Origin: a virus
Lineage: Duplodnaviria > Caudoviricetes
DNA length: 59,561 nt
Strand: one strand, 5' to 3'
IMG/VR virus record: IMGVR_UViG_3300034160_000048
Location: 1-59,561 of that record
Part shown: positions 1-8,901 of the stretch, one piece after another
Position numbering within the stretch: the first letter of the stretch is position 1
Layout of the letters: each line of letters starts with the position of its first letter
Translations under genes and position numbers: made by a program
The notes under the pieces: model-generated
Seen by the model: only the letters and a program-made list of their open reading frames with translations
Told to the model about the DNA's origin: nothing
Databases searched by the model: none

Positions 1-2
1 GC

Positions 3-173
3 GATTCGCGAATCGAGAATGACATCTTCCAGCGAATCGAGGCGCGAAACCATGCGCTATGGGACGCGCTAGACACAACGAAGCCGGACGCCGAGCGGCG
101 GGCTGCGCTGGATCGCGCATTCAGCGATCAGCAGGAGCGCCCCACGTTCCACGTGGGAGAGGGGCGGAAGTGA
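3..173 (+). CDS. hypothetical early protein, 5'-truncated by window edge
   Basis: Open frame from position 3 (DSRIENDIFQRIEARNHALWDAL...) ending in TGA that overlaps the next GTG (GTGA coupling). Confidence 0.55.
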   Translation, partial: DSRIENDIFQRIEARNHALWDALDTTKPDAERRAALDRAFSDQQERPTFHVGEGRK

Positions 174-370
174 GCGAGTGGGGCGTGTTCAAAATCCTTG
201 ACTGCCACAGCGGCACGACATCGCTGCACATGATGCCGCGTGACGCGAAAGGTATGGTGCTGCGCCCGCATGTTGGCGCGGTAGATTGCTTCTGCAAACC
301 GACTCGCGACCCCGAGTGTCCCGAGAACTGGATTCACAACGACCGAGAACGCGGAGGAACAAACTCATGA
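170..370 (+). CDS. small hypothetical protein with His/Cys motif (HxxxxxCxCxP...WIHN)
   Basis: GTG at 170 after GGAGAGGGG; start/stop overlaps with both neighbours. Confidence 0.6.
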   Translation: MSEWGVFKILDCHSGTTSLHMMPRDAKGMVLRPHVGAVDCFCKPTRDPECPENWIHNDRERGGTNS

Positions 371-660
371 GATACTACCGATGCAAATGCGGGAATGCGA
401 CATCCTACGGCTCAATGCCCCCAAGCCCGTGCAGCGGCTGCGCAGTCTGCGGGAGCGACTTGGCAGAATCGCCCCAGTGGCATTCCGAGCCACGCCCTCA
501 CGATATGCAACCTACACAAGTATTGACGGACGATGGACTCGCGACGTTGCACCGTTGCTCGTGGTGCGGGAGAACTCAGGCTCAGATTGACGGTGATCGT
601 AGCGCAGACATCGCTAGAGCAGCAGGCCACGTATCTCCTGCTCTATCGGAGGGGAAATGA
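367..660 (+). CDS. Cys-rich putative zinc-binding protein
   Basis: ATG at 367 (ATGA overlap, GGAGG upstream); CxC, CxxCxxC and CxxC motifs. Confidence 0.65.
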   Translation: MRYYRCKCGNATSYGSMPPSPCSGCAVCGSDLAESPQWHSEPRPHDMQPTQVLTDDGLATLHRCSWCGRTQAQIDGDRSADIARAAGHVSPALSEGK

Positions 661-881
661 ACGCACCAGAAACGGCAGCCGAGATTCGCGCGACGCTAGA
701 TTGGAAGTTCGATCAGGTCAGACGCTTGCACGAGTACGAGCCGATGGGCGGGATTGGGTGGAAGGTTGTGAAGCTGGAAGCGTCGATGGACATCGCACTG
801 AGCGGCCTGCACATGGTGCTGGCGCTTCTGGAGAAGCGAGACGCAGGCCCCGCCTCCGATGCTCTACAGGAGAAGCCATGA
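657..881 (+). CDS. hypothetical protein
   Basis: GGAGG RBS, ATGA overlaps at both ends. Confidence 0.6.
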   Translation: MNAPETAAEIRATLDWKFDQVRRLHEYEPMGGIGWKVVKLEASMDIALSGLHMVLALLEKRDAGPASDALQEKP

Positions 882-1373
882 GCGACGTAGCAACGCGCCT
901 TCGCGCACTTGTGGCCACGATCCGTCGCACCCCGACGCCAATCAAGGACATCATCCCGCTGCTTGACGAGGCGGCGACGGAGGTCGAGCGGCTGGCGAGG
1001 GAGCGGGATGAGGCCCTGCACGGCGTGACGCAGCACATGCAGGCGTCGGGAATCATGGCGCAGCGGGATGCGGCACTGGCCGACAACGCGGCGCTGCGGG
1101 CCGACGCGGAGCGGTATCGGTGGCTGCGAAAGCGGTCCTGGGTAGACATGGTGTATCACGCCGATTTCGGTCGCGGGGAAGTGTCCGAGAGAAAGCAACT
1201 GGATCGCGACGCAGCCATTGATGCTGCGCGAGCATCTGGTCAGCAGGAGCCAAAGTCATGAGCGACGTAGCAACGCGCCTTCGCGCACTTGTGGCCACGA
1301 TCCGTCGCACCCCGACGCCAATCAAGGACATCATCCCGCTGCTTGACGAGGCGGCGACGGAGGTCGAGCGGCT
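877..1373 (+). repeat. perfect 117-bp direct repeat (877-993 and 1257-1373)
   Basis: Identical CATGAGCGACGTAGCAACG...GGTCGAGCGGCT at offset 380 bp. Confidence 0.95.
878..1261 (+). CDS. coiled-coil early protein (Ead/Ea22-like, ...DAERYRWLR...)
   Basis: AGGAG RBS, ATG 878; DAERYRWLR motif common in small phage early proteins; N-terminus identical to next gene. Confidence 0.65.
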   Translation: MSDVATRLRALVATIRRTPTPIKDIIPLLDEAATEVERLARERDEALHGVTQHMQASGIMAQRDAALADNAALRADAERYRWLRKRSWVDMVYHADFGRGEVSERKQLDRDAAIDAARASGQQEPKS

Positions 1374-1881
1374 TGCCGAACGCTACAACTCCGTGGTGCT
1401 AGCAGAAACCGAACATTGCAAGGATTGCTGCTGCGCCCGGTGCTGGAAGGCGCTAGGCATCACCGAGTACACCGGTAAGTCTATCCCAGAGCATATCGAC
1501 GCCCTGCGCGCCGAGGTCGAACACTGGCGCAAGGGGGCAAATGAGCATGTCTCACGCATGCTATACGACGCCCATACAGCGGAACTTCGCGCCGAGGTCG
1601 CGGCGCTGCACAACTCCCACGCATTGCACATAGACCTATCGACGGAACTGGCGCAGGAAAACGTGGCGCTGCGGGCGCGAGTCAAGCAGCTTGAGACGGG
1701 CTATGACGTTCTGCGAACAAGCAGCAACCGACAGATTGAGAGGCAGAGAGCGTCGTTAGAGGCGGCCCGCTGGCTGCTAGAACGCGCCGAACAGCTCGCG
1801 GTGAAGGATGCTCCACGGCTGGCTGAAGAAATTGCGGCATGGAGACTACCGTCTCAGAAGGACGCGAGTCTTCCGAAATGA
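1258..1881 (+). CDS. coiled-coil early protein with HCxxCCC motif
   Basis: AGGAG RBS, 207-aa ORF, ATGA coupling. Confidence 0.65.
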   Translation: MSDVATRLRALVATIRRTPTPIKDIIPLLDEAATEVERLAERYNSVVLAETEHCKDCCCARCWKALGITEYTGKSIPEHIDALRAEVEHWRKGANEHVSRMLYDAHTAELRAEVAALHNSHALHIDLSTELAQENVALRARVKQLETGYDVLRTSSNRQIERQRASLEAARWLLERAEQLAVKDAPRLAEEIAAWRLPSQKDASLPK

Positions 1882-2222
1882 CCGAGGGCTCATGGGTGAG
1901 GTTGAAGGGCGGCAAGCGCCTTGCCCAGGTCGTGGTCATGCGGGAGGAGCGCGGCGCTATTGCCGGCGTTCGTCTTGACCGCCAGTTGGGTGGCCGCAGC
2001 CTACACCCGCAGTCGGCGCTCGAGGAAGTTGATGCCGACACGGCAGCCACAGCCTACCACGGGGAAGCGGTGCGCTCCGCAAAATTGAACGGGGACAAGG
2101 TGCGCGCGATACGGGCACTGAAAGGAACGATGACAGCAAGGGCGCTGGGGGCGATATACGGGGTTAGTGCCCAGACGATCAGCTCTATTCACGAAAGAAA
2201 AAGATGGAGACACGTAAAATGA
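1878..2222 (+). CDS. protein with C-terminal HTH DNA-binding module (type found on phage HNH endonucleases)
   Basis: AKLNxxKVRAIR...ALGAIYGVSAQTISSIHERKRWRHV; ATG 1878 overlaps upstream stop. Confidence 0.65.
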   Translation: MTEGSWVRLKGGKRLAQVVVMREERGAIAGVRLDRQLGGRSLHPQSALEEVDADTAATAYHGEAVRSAKLNGDKVRAIRALKGTMTARALGAIYGVSAQTISSIHERKRWRHVK

Positions 2223-2419
2223 CGACGTTAGCATTTGTGCCCTATGAATTGACTGCCGAGGGCACGTGGCTGCCGCGACCCGACCTACCGCCGTTCAACA
2301 CGGCTGACGAGGTGATGAATTTCATCGGGAGCCACGAGGGGTGGAAGCTGGTGGGCAAGATGGTGGAGTGGCGCGAAGAGGTGGTCGTAACCGCCGAGGA
2401 GGAGAAATGCCCGCACTAG
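2219..2419 (+). CDS. hypothetical protein
   Basis: GGAG RBS, ATGA coupling. Confidence 0.55.
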   Translation: MTTLAFVPYELTAEGTWLPRPDLPPFNTADEVMNFIGSHEGWKLVGKMVEWREEVVVTAEEEKCPH

Positions 2420-2859
2420 AGGCGTGGAAGGATCCGCAGCATGAGAAGTATTTCCATCACAGCCTCGAGTTGCGCGAGCCGTTGATGCTCGACCCCGAGG
2501 CCACGCAGGCGATCTTGGACAGCTACCGGGCACGGACGGCAAAGAAGCATCTGTACGTGATGCTGACCCCCGAGGGGGGTCTTCGGCCCGAACCGGAGGT
2601 CGACCCGGGCCGCGAGGGCTGGTGGGTGGACTCTTGGCCCGATGCTCTGAGGATGGCCGCCGTCGAGCGGCTCCTGATCTACAATGCAAGGTCCAAGAAG
2701 TGCAGCCGCCCGGTGTGGAGTTCCCTCACGGCCATCGCTGACCGCACCTTGGAATCAGCCACTTTCGAGCAGATCCACTGTATTCCCGCCGGCAAGGTCA
2801 TGGACCGGTGGATGCGTGGCCACAACAGCCGTTCAAATGCGAGGATTTTTGAGTTATGA
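2407..2859 (+). CDS. hypothetical protein
   Basis: GAGGAGG RBS before ATG 2407; stop overlaps exonuclease start. Confidence 0.6.
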   Translation: MPALEAWKDPQHEKYFHHSLELREPLMLDPEATQAILDSYRARTAKKHLYVMLTPEGGLRPEPEVDPGREGWWVDSWPDALRMAAVERLLIYNARSKKCSRPVWSSLTAIADRTLESATFEQIHCIPAGKVMDRWMRGHNSRSNARIFEL

Positions 2860-3539
2860 AGGTATACCTGATCGACACCGAGACAACTGGCACCAAGGAG
2901 CCGGTGCCCGTGGAGTTGGCAATCCTGGAGTTGCCGGGGGAGTGCACGCTCAATGCCATGGCGGAGCCGCCGAAGGTGGTGTGCAATAGGCGATATAAGC
3001 CGGGCAAGCCCATCGATCTTGGGGCCCTGTGCACGCACCACATCCACGAAAAGGATCTGGTGGGCTGCTCCCCGTGGAGCCCGCCCCCGGAACTGGCCGA
3101 GGCCGATTATCTGATTGGCCACCAGATTGACTTCGATTGGGAGGCAGTGGGCCGCCCCGAGAAGCCGAAGCGTATCTGCACGCTGGCCCTGAGCCGGTAC
3201 TTATGGCCCGAGATCGACTCTCACAAGCTGGGGGCGATGACTTACATGGTCTGGGGCGAGGATTACGAGGAGGCCCGGACGAGGGCCCGGGGCGCACACG
3301 GGGCGTTGGCGGATGTGAATCTCACGCACACCCTCCTCGAAGTGATCCTCACCATGCTCCCGGAGGTAGACACGTGGGAGGCTCTCTGGGAGGCGTCGGA
3401 AGTGGCCCGTATCCCCCTGAAGATGACGTTCGGAAAGCACTTCGGGGAATACATCAAGGACATCCCGCCGAGCTATAAGCAGTGGCTTTTAAGGCAATCG
3501 GACGTAGATCCATATCTCCGCCGGGCTCTCGCTGACTAA
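2856..3539 (+). CDS. DEDDh 3'-5' exonuclease (exonuclease X-like) with C-terminal MTFGKH/DUF3820-like domain
   Basis: DTETTG, GHQIDFD, HGALADV catalytic motifs; MTFGKHxGxxIxDIPxSYxxWL tail. Confidence 0.9.
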   Translation: MKVYLIDTETTGTKEPVPVELAILELPGECTLNAMAEPPKVVCNRRYKPGKPIDLGALCTHHIHEKDLVGCSPWSPPPELAEADYLIGHQIDFDWEAVGRPEKPKRICTLALSRYLWPEIDSHKLGAMTYMVWGEDYEEARTRARGAHGALADVNLTHTLLEVILTMLPEVDTWEALWEASEVARIPLKMTFGKHFGEYIKDIPPSYKQWLLRQSDVDPYLRRALAD

Positions 3540-3543
3540 GCTC

Positions 3544-3573
3544 TTGACAGGGGGCATACGCCTGTGTTCAAAT
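3544..3573 (+). promoter_or_regulatory. possible sigma70-type promoter
   Basis: TTGACA-18 nt-TGn-TCAAAT; -10 is weak. Confidence 0.35.
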
Positions 3574-3579
3574 ACACAC

Positions 3580-3789
3580 ATGGCCACGAACCGCATAGCG
3601 TATCTGAGCGAGGAGGACCGAGCAGCCGCCGGGGCGATCCCGGGCCTGCGCCGGTACGCCATTTACTGGGTGGACGAGGATGCCGGCCCGCAGCACTACG
3701 TGGTGCTGGCCCGCAGCCAAGGGGAAGCCCGCGAGTTGGCGATAATGGCGACAGGCAGGTCCGACCTGCTGGTGTCGAACGCCGCTTAA
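3580..3789 (+). CDS. hypothetical protein (possibly leaderless)
   Basis: ATG 3580 without SD; TAATG coupling to next gene. Confidence 0.5.
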   Translation: MATNRIAYLSEEDRAAAGAIPGLRRYAIYWVDEDAGPQHYVVLARSQGEARELAIMATGRSDLLVSNAA

Positions 3790-4187
3790 TGGCTGAGTGG
3801 GACGACGAGACTAAATTCAATGCCAAACTGCGCAGGATCTTAAAGGCGCAGGGCTTTGGAGTCACCCACATCCGGGAGGCCGACGAGCAGGGGGTATTTG
3901 ACCTGCTGGTGTGGAAGGGACGGAGGATGGAAGCTTGGGTCGAGCTTAAGGTTCGATCCGAGCCCATGAGGGAGTCGCAGACGATCTGGGCACGCAAGCC
4001 CGAGTTGGCGGCGATTCCCTTGATGGTGGCCCGGGCCATTGGGCCGGAGCATCAGGTTGTAGTGCAGGTCGCCACGGATGGCGACTGGCACGAGTTGACG
4101 ATTGTGAAGGCCATCGACGACTATAGGACGGTCTGGTGGGCATCGGTGTTTGAAGAACAATGGGCCCGCATGGCGGGCTTTAAATAG
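3789..4187 (+). CDS. PD-(D/E)XK nuclease (VRR-NUC / Holliday junction resolvase-like)
   Basis: E...GVFDLLV...WVELK...Q motif pattern. Confidence 0.75.
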   Translation: MAEWDDETKFNAKLRRILKAQGFGVTHIREADEQGVFDLLVWKGRRMEAWVELKVRSEPMRESQTIWARKPELAAIPLMVARAIGPEHQVVVQVATDGDWHELTIVKAIDDYRTVWWASVFEEQWARMAGFK

Positions 4188-4199
4188 AGGAGAGATGAA

Positions 4200-4784
4200 G
4201 TGGAGTTGATCAAGCACATCAAGCGTAGCCAAATCGTGTCCGAGAACGATGATGGCACGGTGTCGTACATCACGGCAGCCGGGGAACTCGTGAGAGCGAA
4301 CCCGGACACGTTCGAAGTGATCGAGGATGCGGAGGAAGTGGAGGCACTCGGAGATGTTCCGACCCCCGACGTCCCCGCGAAGGCGAAGAGGGTCCGAGCC
4401 CCCCGCAAGGTGGCGAAGCCCAAGGAAGAGAAACCCAAGTCAGAGACAGGAGATAAGACGATGGCGAAGGCAAAGAAGAAGGCAGCGAAGAAGGCCGGAA
4501 ACGGCAGCGGCGCTGCGGTGCGGACGATCAGCGGCAAGACCGTTGATCTCAGCAAGTACGTGGCCGCGAAGGCCCCGGGCGGCGGCAAGTCGTTCAACAA
4601 CGGTGACGACGTCGCCACCAAGCTGGCGGGCAAGGACCTTGATTCGGTCTATTCGTACGCCGCGAAGACCCTCAAGGTCGAGGAGAAGGAACTCCGCTCG
4701 AAGTACAAGCACCTGAACCCGGGCATGCAGCGCATGAACCTGGGCAACCGGCTGCGCAAGGGCCTGAACGCCAAGGCGGCCTGA
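4200..4784 (+). CDS. basic Lys/Ala-rich putative DNA-binding protein (YxHLNxGMQRMNLGNR family); internal in-frame start at 4461
   Basis: GAGGAG before GTG 4200; second RBS AGGAG before ATG 4461; paralogous to 58709-59257. Confidence 0.7.
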   Translation: MELIKHIKRSQIVSENDDGTVSYITAAGELVRANPDTFEVIEDAEEVEALGDVPTPDVPAKAKRVRAPRKVAKPKEEKPKSETGDKTMAKAKKKAAKKAGNGSGAAVRTISGKTVDLSKYVAAKAPGGGKSFNNGDDVATKLAGKDLDSVYSYAAKTLKVEEKELRSKYKHLNPGMQRMNLGNRLRKGLNAKAA

Positions 4785-4803
4785 GCCGCGTGGCGTTTGA
4801 GCA

Positions 4804-4839
4804 GGGCCGGGGGTGCAATGCCCCCGGCCCCCGTTTTCT
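4804..4839 (+). terminator. Rho-independent terminator
   Basis: GGGCCGGGGG/CCCCCGGCCC 10-bp stem followed by CCGTTTTCT. Confidence 0.7.
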
Positions 4840-4857
4840 AATAGAGGAGATAAGGGC

Positions 4858-5043
4858 ATGAAAGAGACGATCTACACGCGCGAAGGGCAGAAGATCTGGG
4901 AGAAGGGTGCCAACGATTCTTGGTATCTGCTCGAGCACTTCAAGTCGATCAACGCCGCCAAGCGCAAGTCGCGTGAGCTGCAGGGCGGTGCCGCCGGGCT
5001 GGGCTCCGGGATCCTGAGGGTGGGTAAGCCGGGAGAAGCATAA
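4858..5043 (+). CDS. hypothetical protein
   Basis: GAGGAG RBS, TAATG coupling with primase. Confidence 0.65.
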   Translation: MKETIYTREGQKIWEKGANDSWYLLEHFKSINAAKRKSRELQGGAAGLGSGILRVGKPGEA

Positions 5044-6632
5044 TGGTGACCGAGGAGCAGGTCGAACAGTTCCTGTCCCTGTTCCAGGGCAACGGGCGCT
5101 CGTTCGGCCAGTGGAACCCCAATTCCAAGTCGAAGATGCTTACGGTCAAGTCTGAGTACACGACCGAGCACGCACGGGCGCACCTTGAGGGCGAAATCGG
5201 GCTGGGCATGGTGCCCATCCGCGACGACAATAAGTGCTTGTTTGCGGCTATCGACATCGACGTCCACGGCCCTAACGGCGGGCACGTGGACCTGATCGCA
5301 ATCGAGTCGCGGATTGCCAAGGCCGCGCTCCCCTTGATCGTGTGCCGTTCCAAGAGTGGCGGCGCACACTGCTACCTGTTCTTGAAGGAGCCCGAGGACG
5401 CGAACTCAGTACGGTTGATGCTGGGCCGCTGGGCTGCGGTCGTGGGGCACCCGACCGCCGAGATTTTCCCGAAGCAGGCCAAGCTGGACCCGCCCAAAGG
5501 CAGCACGGATCGCCCCCTTGGCAACTGGATCAACCTCCCGTACTTCATGGCCGAGGGCACGGATCGGTATGCGCTCGACGGCGGTAAGGAAGTCAACTTC
5601 GACTATTTCATAGAAATGGCCGAGGGCAAGCGTGCCTCGCTGTCCGACTATAGCACGGTCGCCTCTGAGGTGGACTATTCGAAGGGCCCGCCGTGCGTGG
5701 CCGAGATGGTGAGGAACAAGGTCGAGGAGGGCAACCGGAATCTGGCCGCCTTCCAGGCCGGCATCTTCCTGAAGCGCGCCTTCCCCGAGGACTGGCGCAC
5801 CCGGCTGGAGGAGTTCAATAAGCAGGCGTTCGTGTCGCCGCTCAACGTCCGCGAGATGCGCACCATCGGCGGCAGCATTTCGAAGAAGGACTACCAGTAC
5901 AAGTGCCGCGAGGAGCCTTGCAAGACGCTCTGCAATAAGGATCTATGCAAGACGCGTGAGTTCGGCATCAGCAAGGACGACAGCACCGCGAACGAGATCC
6001 CGATATTCGACGCCGTCGAGAAGGTGATCGCAACGCCAGTGCGCTGGGTGCTGCGGATCGGAAAGGACGAGATCGAGGTGACGACCCCGCAATTGTTCAA
6101 CTACGACATGGTGCGGCAGGCCGTGGGCGAGCGGCTGCACATCGTGCTGCCCCGGATCAAGAATCAAGAGTGGGACCAGTACCTGCGCGAGATCATGAGC
6201 AAGGTCCAGGTGCGGCGGGAAACCACCATCGAGGACATGATCTTCCAGAAGCTGTGCGAGTACCTGCGCCGGGTGCGAGTGGACAAGACGCGGCCCGAGG
6301 ACGACCGGCGCGAGGACCTGCGCCGGGGCCAGCCCGCCCTGATTTCGATCACCCGCATGACCTTCATCAACGGCAAGGCCGAGGCTGCCGGGGAATGCGA
6401 GTGGTACTTCGCGTTCCGTCTGTTTGATTTCGTGGACTACCTGACCCGCAAGAAGGCGCTGCCCGTGCCAGCGCACCAGATCGCAACGTGCCTGACCCGA
6501 GTGCTGGGCGAGGACGCGAAGCGGGACAAGATGCGCGTAGGGCCGCACCGTGTCACCAACGTGTGGTGTGTGCCCGAGAAGTCGGTCGAGGAAGAGAGCG
6601 TACCTGCGAAGACCTTTGAGCAGGAGTTCTAG
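5043..6632 (+). CDS. archaeo-eukaryotic-type primase / primase-polymerase with PriCT-like region
   Basis: DIDVH (DxD), CRSKSGGAHCYLF (SxH), GNWINLPY, EGNRN and Cys cluster. Confidence 0.85.
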   Translation: MVTEEQVEQFLSLFQGNGRSFGQWNPNSKSKMLTVKSEYTTEHARAHLEGEIGLGMVPIRDDNKCLFAAIDIDVHGPNGGHVDLIAIESRIAKAALPLIVCRSKSGGAHCYLFLKEPEDANSVRLMLGRWAAVVGHPTAEIFPKQAKLDPPKGSTDRPLGNWINLPYFMAEGTDRYALDGGKEVNFDYFIEMAEGKRASLSDYSTVASEVDYSKGPPCVAEMVRNKVEEGNRNLAAFQAGIFLKRAFPEDWRTRLEEFNKQAFVSPLNVREMRTIGGSISKKDYQYKCREEPCKTLCNKDLCKTREFGISKDDSTANEIPIFDAVEKVIATPVRWVLRIGKDEIEVTTPQLFNYDMVRQAVGERLHIVLPRIKNQEWDQYLREIMSKVQVRRETTIEDMIFQKLCEYLRRVRVDKTRPEDDRREDLRRGQPALISITRMTFINGKAEAAGECEWYFAFRLFDFVDYLTRKKALPVPAHQIATCLTRVLGEDAKRDKMRVGPHRVTNVWCVPEKSVEEESVPAKTFEQEF

Positions 6633-6634
6633 CT

Positions 6635-8347
6635 ATGGCCGACGTAAGAATCGACGAAGAGAAGCGCCGCTTCATTATCAAGGGCAACGGGCGCGACGAA
6701 ATGGGCGTGCTGTTCGGCCTGCCGTCCCGCAAGTGGATGCCGAGCATGGGCGTAATCATCGCCCCATTCACGCGGCTCAACGCCAAGCACCTCGCTGACA
6801 AGGCTTTCGCCGGCAAGGTGCAGCTGACCCCCGAAGTCCGCGACTATGTCGAGGCGCTGGCGGTGGCCCCGTCCTCCAACCGGACGTTCCCGTCATGGTA
6901 CGCCTACAAGACGCAGCCATTCTTCGACCAGCGGGCGGCGCTCAACAAGGTGTACGCTAACGACTTTGGCGCGCTCTTCATGAAGATGGGCGTTGGCAAG
7001 AGCAAAGTCGCCATCGACTTCATGTCGGCCAGCTACTACGAGCGCCGGATCGAGGCCGTGGTGCTGGTGTGCCCGCTGACGATCCACGCGGTGTGGGGCG
7101 GCCCAAACGGGGAGTTGGCGACCCACAGCCCCTGCCCGGTCAAGGTGGTGCAGGTGGACTCGAGTTTCGACGCCAGCTCGATAAAGCCGAGTCAGGACTA
7201 CCTGCTGTGGCTGCTGGTCGGGGTCGAGTCGCTGTCACAGGGGCGCACGTTCGACAAGTTGATGCCGTTCCTGCGCAACTACAAGTGCGGCGGGCTGGTG
7301 GACGAGGCCAGCCGGATCAAGAACCACGCGGCAATCCGGACCAAGCGAATGTTGGAGATGCGCAACCAGTTCAAGGTCCGGTTGATCTCGACCGGCACGC
7401 CCTCGACCCGCAGCCTGATGGACCTGTACTCGCAGTTCGAATTCCTGGACCCCAACATCATCGGGGTGGGCGACTACTACGCCTTCAGGAACCGGTACGC
7501 GGTGATGGGCGGATACAAGGGTAAGGAGATCGTAGGGTACCAGTACGTCGACGAATTGATGGGGCTGATCGAGCCCTATACGTACATCTGCGAGAAGCCG
7601 AAGGACCTGCCCCCGCAGCTCTTCACCAAGCGCACAGTGAAGATGACCGACGAGCAGCGCAAGATCTACGACGACATGCGCAAGGGCAAGATCGACGGCA
7701 ACGATGTCACCAACGTGCTGACCCGGGTCCTGCGGCTGCAGCAGGTGATCGGGGGGCACTATGCCTCCGACGACACCTTTGCCGTGGACCCGATATCGGG
7801 GCGCACCAAGCGAATCGCGGGCAAGGTGCACCGCATCCTGCCGCCCGACAAGAACCCAAAGATCAAGGCATTGCTTGAGGTAGTCGAGGAAGCAGGCGAC
7901 GAGCAAATCATCGTGTGGGCCAAGTTCCTGCCCGAGGTCGAGGACATCCGGTCGGTGCTGGCGGAGATTGGGCCAGTAGCGGTGTTCACCGGGGCGACAT
8001 CGGCAGCGGAGCGAATCGAACTCAAGGACGGCTTTCAGTCAGGCAAGTATCGGTTTTTCGTCGGCAACGCCCAGACGGGCGGGCTCGGGCTCACCCTGAC
8101 GGCAGGCAGTGTGATGGTATACTACTCAAACACGCACTCGCTGGAAGACCGGCTGCAGTCCGAGGACCGGGCGCACCGCCGGGGCCAAAAGGCGGACCGG
8201 GTGCTGTATGTGGACCTGTTCATGGAGAAGTCAGTAGATAAAATCATAGAGGAAAGCATCGTGGAGAAGAAAGACTTGGACGTTTACGTCCGCGAGAAGA
8301 TCAAGGCGGCGGGCAGCATGACCAAGGCATTCGGGGATGTACTGTGA
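6635..8347 (+). CDS. SNF2-family (SF2) helicase
   Basis: MGVGKS Walker A, DEAS Walker B, TGTP, GGLGLTLT, QSEDRAHRRGQ. Confidence 0.92.
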   Translation: MADVRIDEEKRRFIIKGNGRDEMGVLFGLPSRKWMPSMGVIIAPFTRLNAKHLADKAFAGKVQLTPEVRDYVEALAVAPSSNRTFPSWYAYKTQPFFDQRAALNKVYANDFGALFMKMGVGKSKVAIDFMSASYYERRIEAVVLVCPLTIHAVWGGPNGELATHSPCPVKVVQVDSSFDASSIKPSQDYLLWLLVGVESLSQGRTFDKLMPFLRNYKCGGLVDEASRIKNHAAIRTKRMLEMRNQFKVRLISTGTPSTRSLMDLYSQFEFLDPNIIGVGDYYAFRNRYAVMGGYKGKEIVGYQYVDELMGLIEPYTYICEKPKDLPPQLFTKRTVKMTDEQRKIYDDMRKGKIDGNDVTNVLTRVLRLQQVIGGHYASDDTFAVDPISGRTKRIAGKVHRILPPDKNPKIKALLEVVEEAGDEQIIVWAKFLPEVEDIRSVLAEIGPVAVFTGATSAAERIELKDGFQSGKYRFFVGNAQTGGLGLTLTAGSVMVYYSNTHSLEDRLQSEDRAHRRGQKADRVLYVDLFMEKSVDKIIEESIVEKKDLDVYVREKIKAAGSMTKAFGDVL

Positions 8348-8874
8348 GTGGCTTTATCGACCCCCGCTGCCCCCGCTGCGGCGGAAAAATTGGGGGGCCG
8401 CGAGAATTACATGAGCACCAAGACGGGTGCCCGCTGGACACGCACCCCGGGCAAAAATTCTATGGCAAGAAGCCTCCCGATTGCCCGCATTGTGGCGGCC
8501 CCTACCACGGAGTAGGGCTGGTTTGCCCCGTGGTCAAGGCTGTCCGAACTCTACCCCCGAAGGACGACGCGGACAAGCCGCAGATCTGGCGCGGGGCCCT
8601 CGATTACTTCCCGCTCGCCCTGATCGCCGTGGCCCGGGTCTCGGAGGTCGGTACGCGTGCCCCCGGGCACGAGTGGGGCGGCTGGCGTGACGTCCCGGAC
8701 GGCGCGAGGCGCTATACGGAGGCCATGGTGCGGCATCTGATGGCGGAGTCCACCGAGGGCCCGTACGACCTCACCGACAACCAACTCCACGCCGCTAAGG
8801 TTGCCTGGGGAGCGTTGTGTCGGCTCGAGCTGATGCTACGTGAGAAACGGGTGGACGCGGCCCCCGGCGCGTGA
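8344..8874 (+). CDS. dATP/dGTP diphosphohydrolase (DUF5664-like) with N-terminal Cys/His zinc-finger repeats
   Basis: KDDADKP...FPLALIAVARVSEVG...W...RYTEAMVRHL...LHAAKVAWGAL; CPxCGG x2. Confidence 0.75.
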   Translation: MSGFIDPRCPRCGGKIGGPRELHEHQDGCPLDTHPGQKFYGKKPPDCPHCGGPYHGVGLVCPVVKAVRTLPPKDDADKPQIWRGALDYFPLALIAVARVSEVGTRAPGHEWGGWRDVPDGARRYTEAMVRHLMAESTEGPYDLTDNQLHAAKVAWGALCRLELMLREKRVDAAPGA

Positions 8875-8880
8875 TACACT
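8852..8880 (+). promoter_or_regulatory. sigma70-type promoter, extended -10
   Basis: TGGACG-17 nt-TACACT with TGn. Confidence 0.55.
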
Positions 8881-8901
8881 AGAGGTCTAGAGGATACACA
8901 T

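Noticed and set aside
877-1373. Diversity-generating retroelement TR/VR pair
   Set aside because: The copies are identical with no adenine-specific mismatches, and no reverse transcriptase is in the window.
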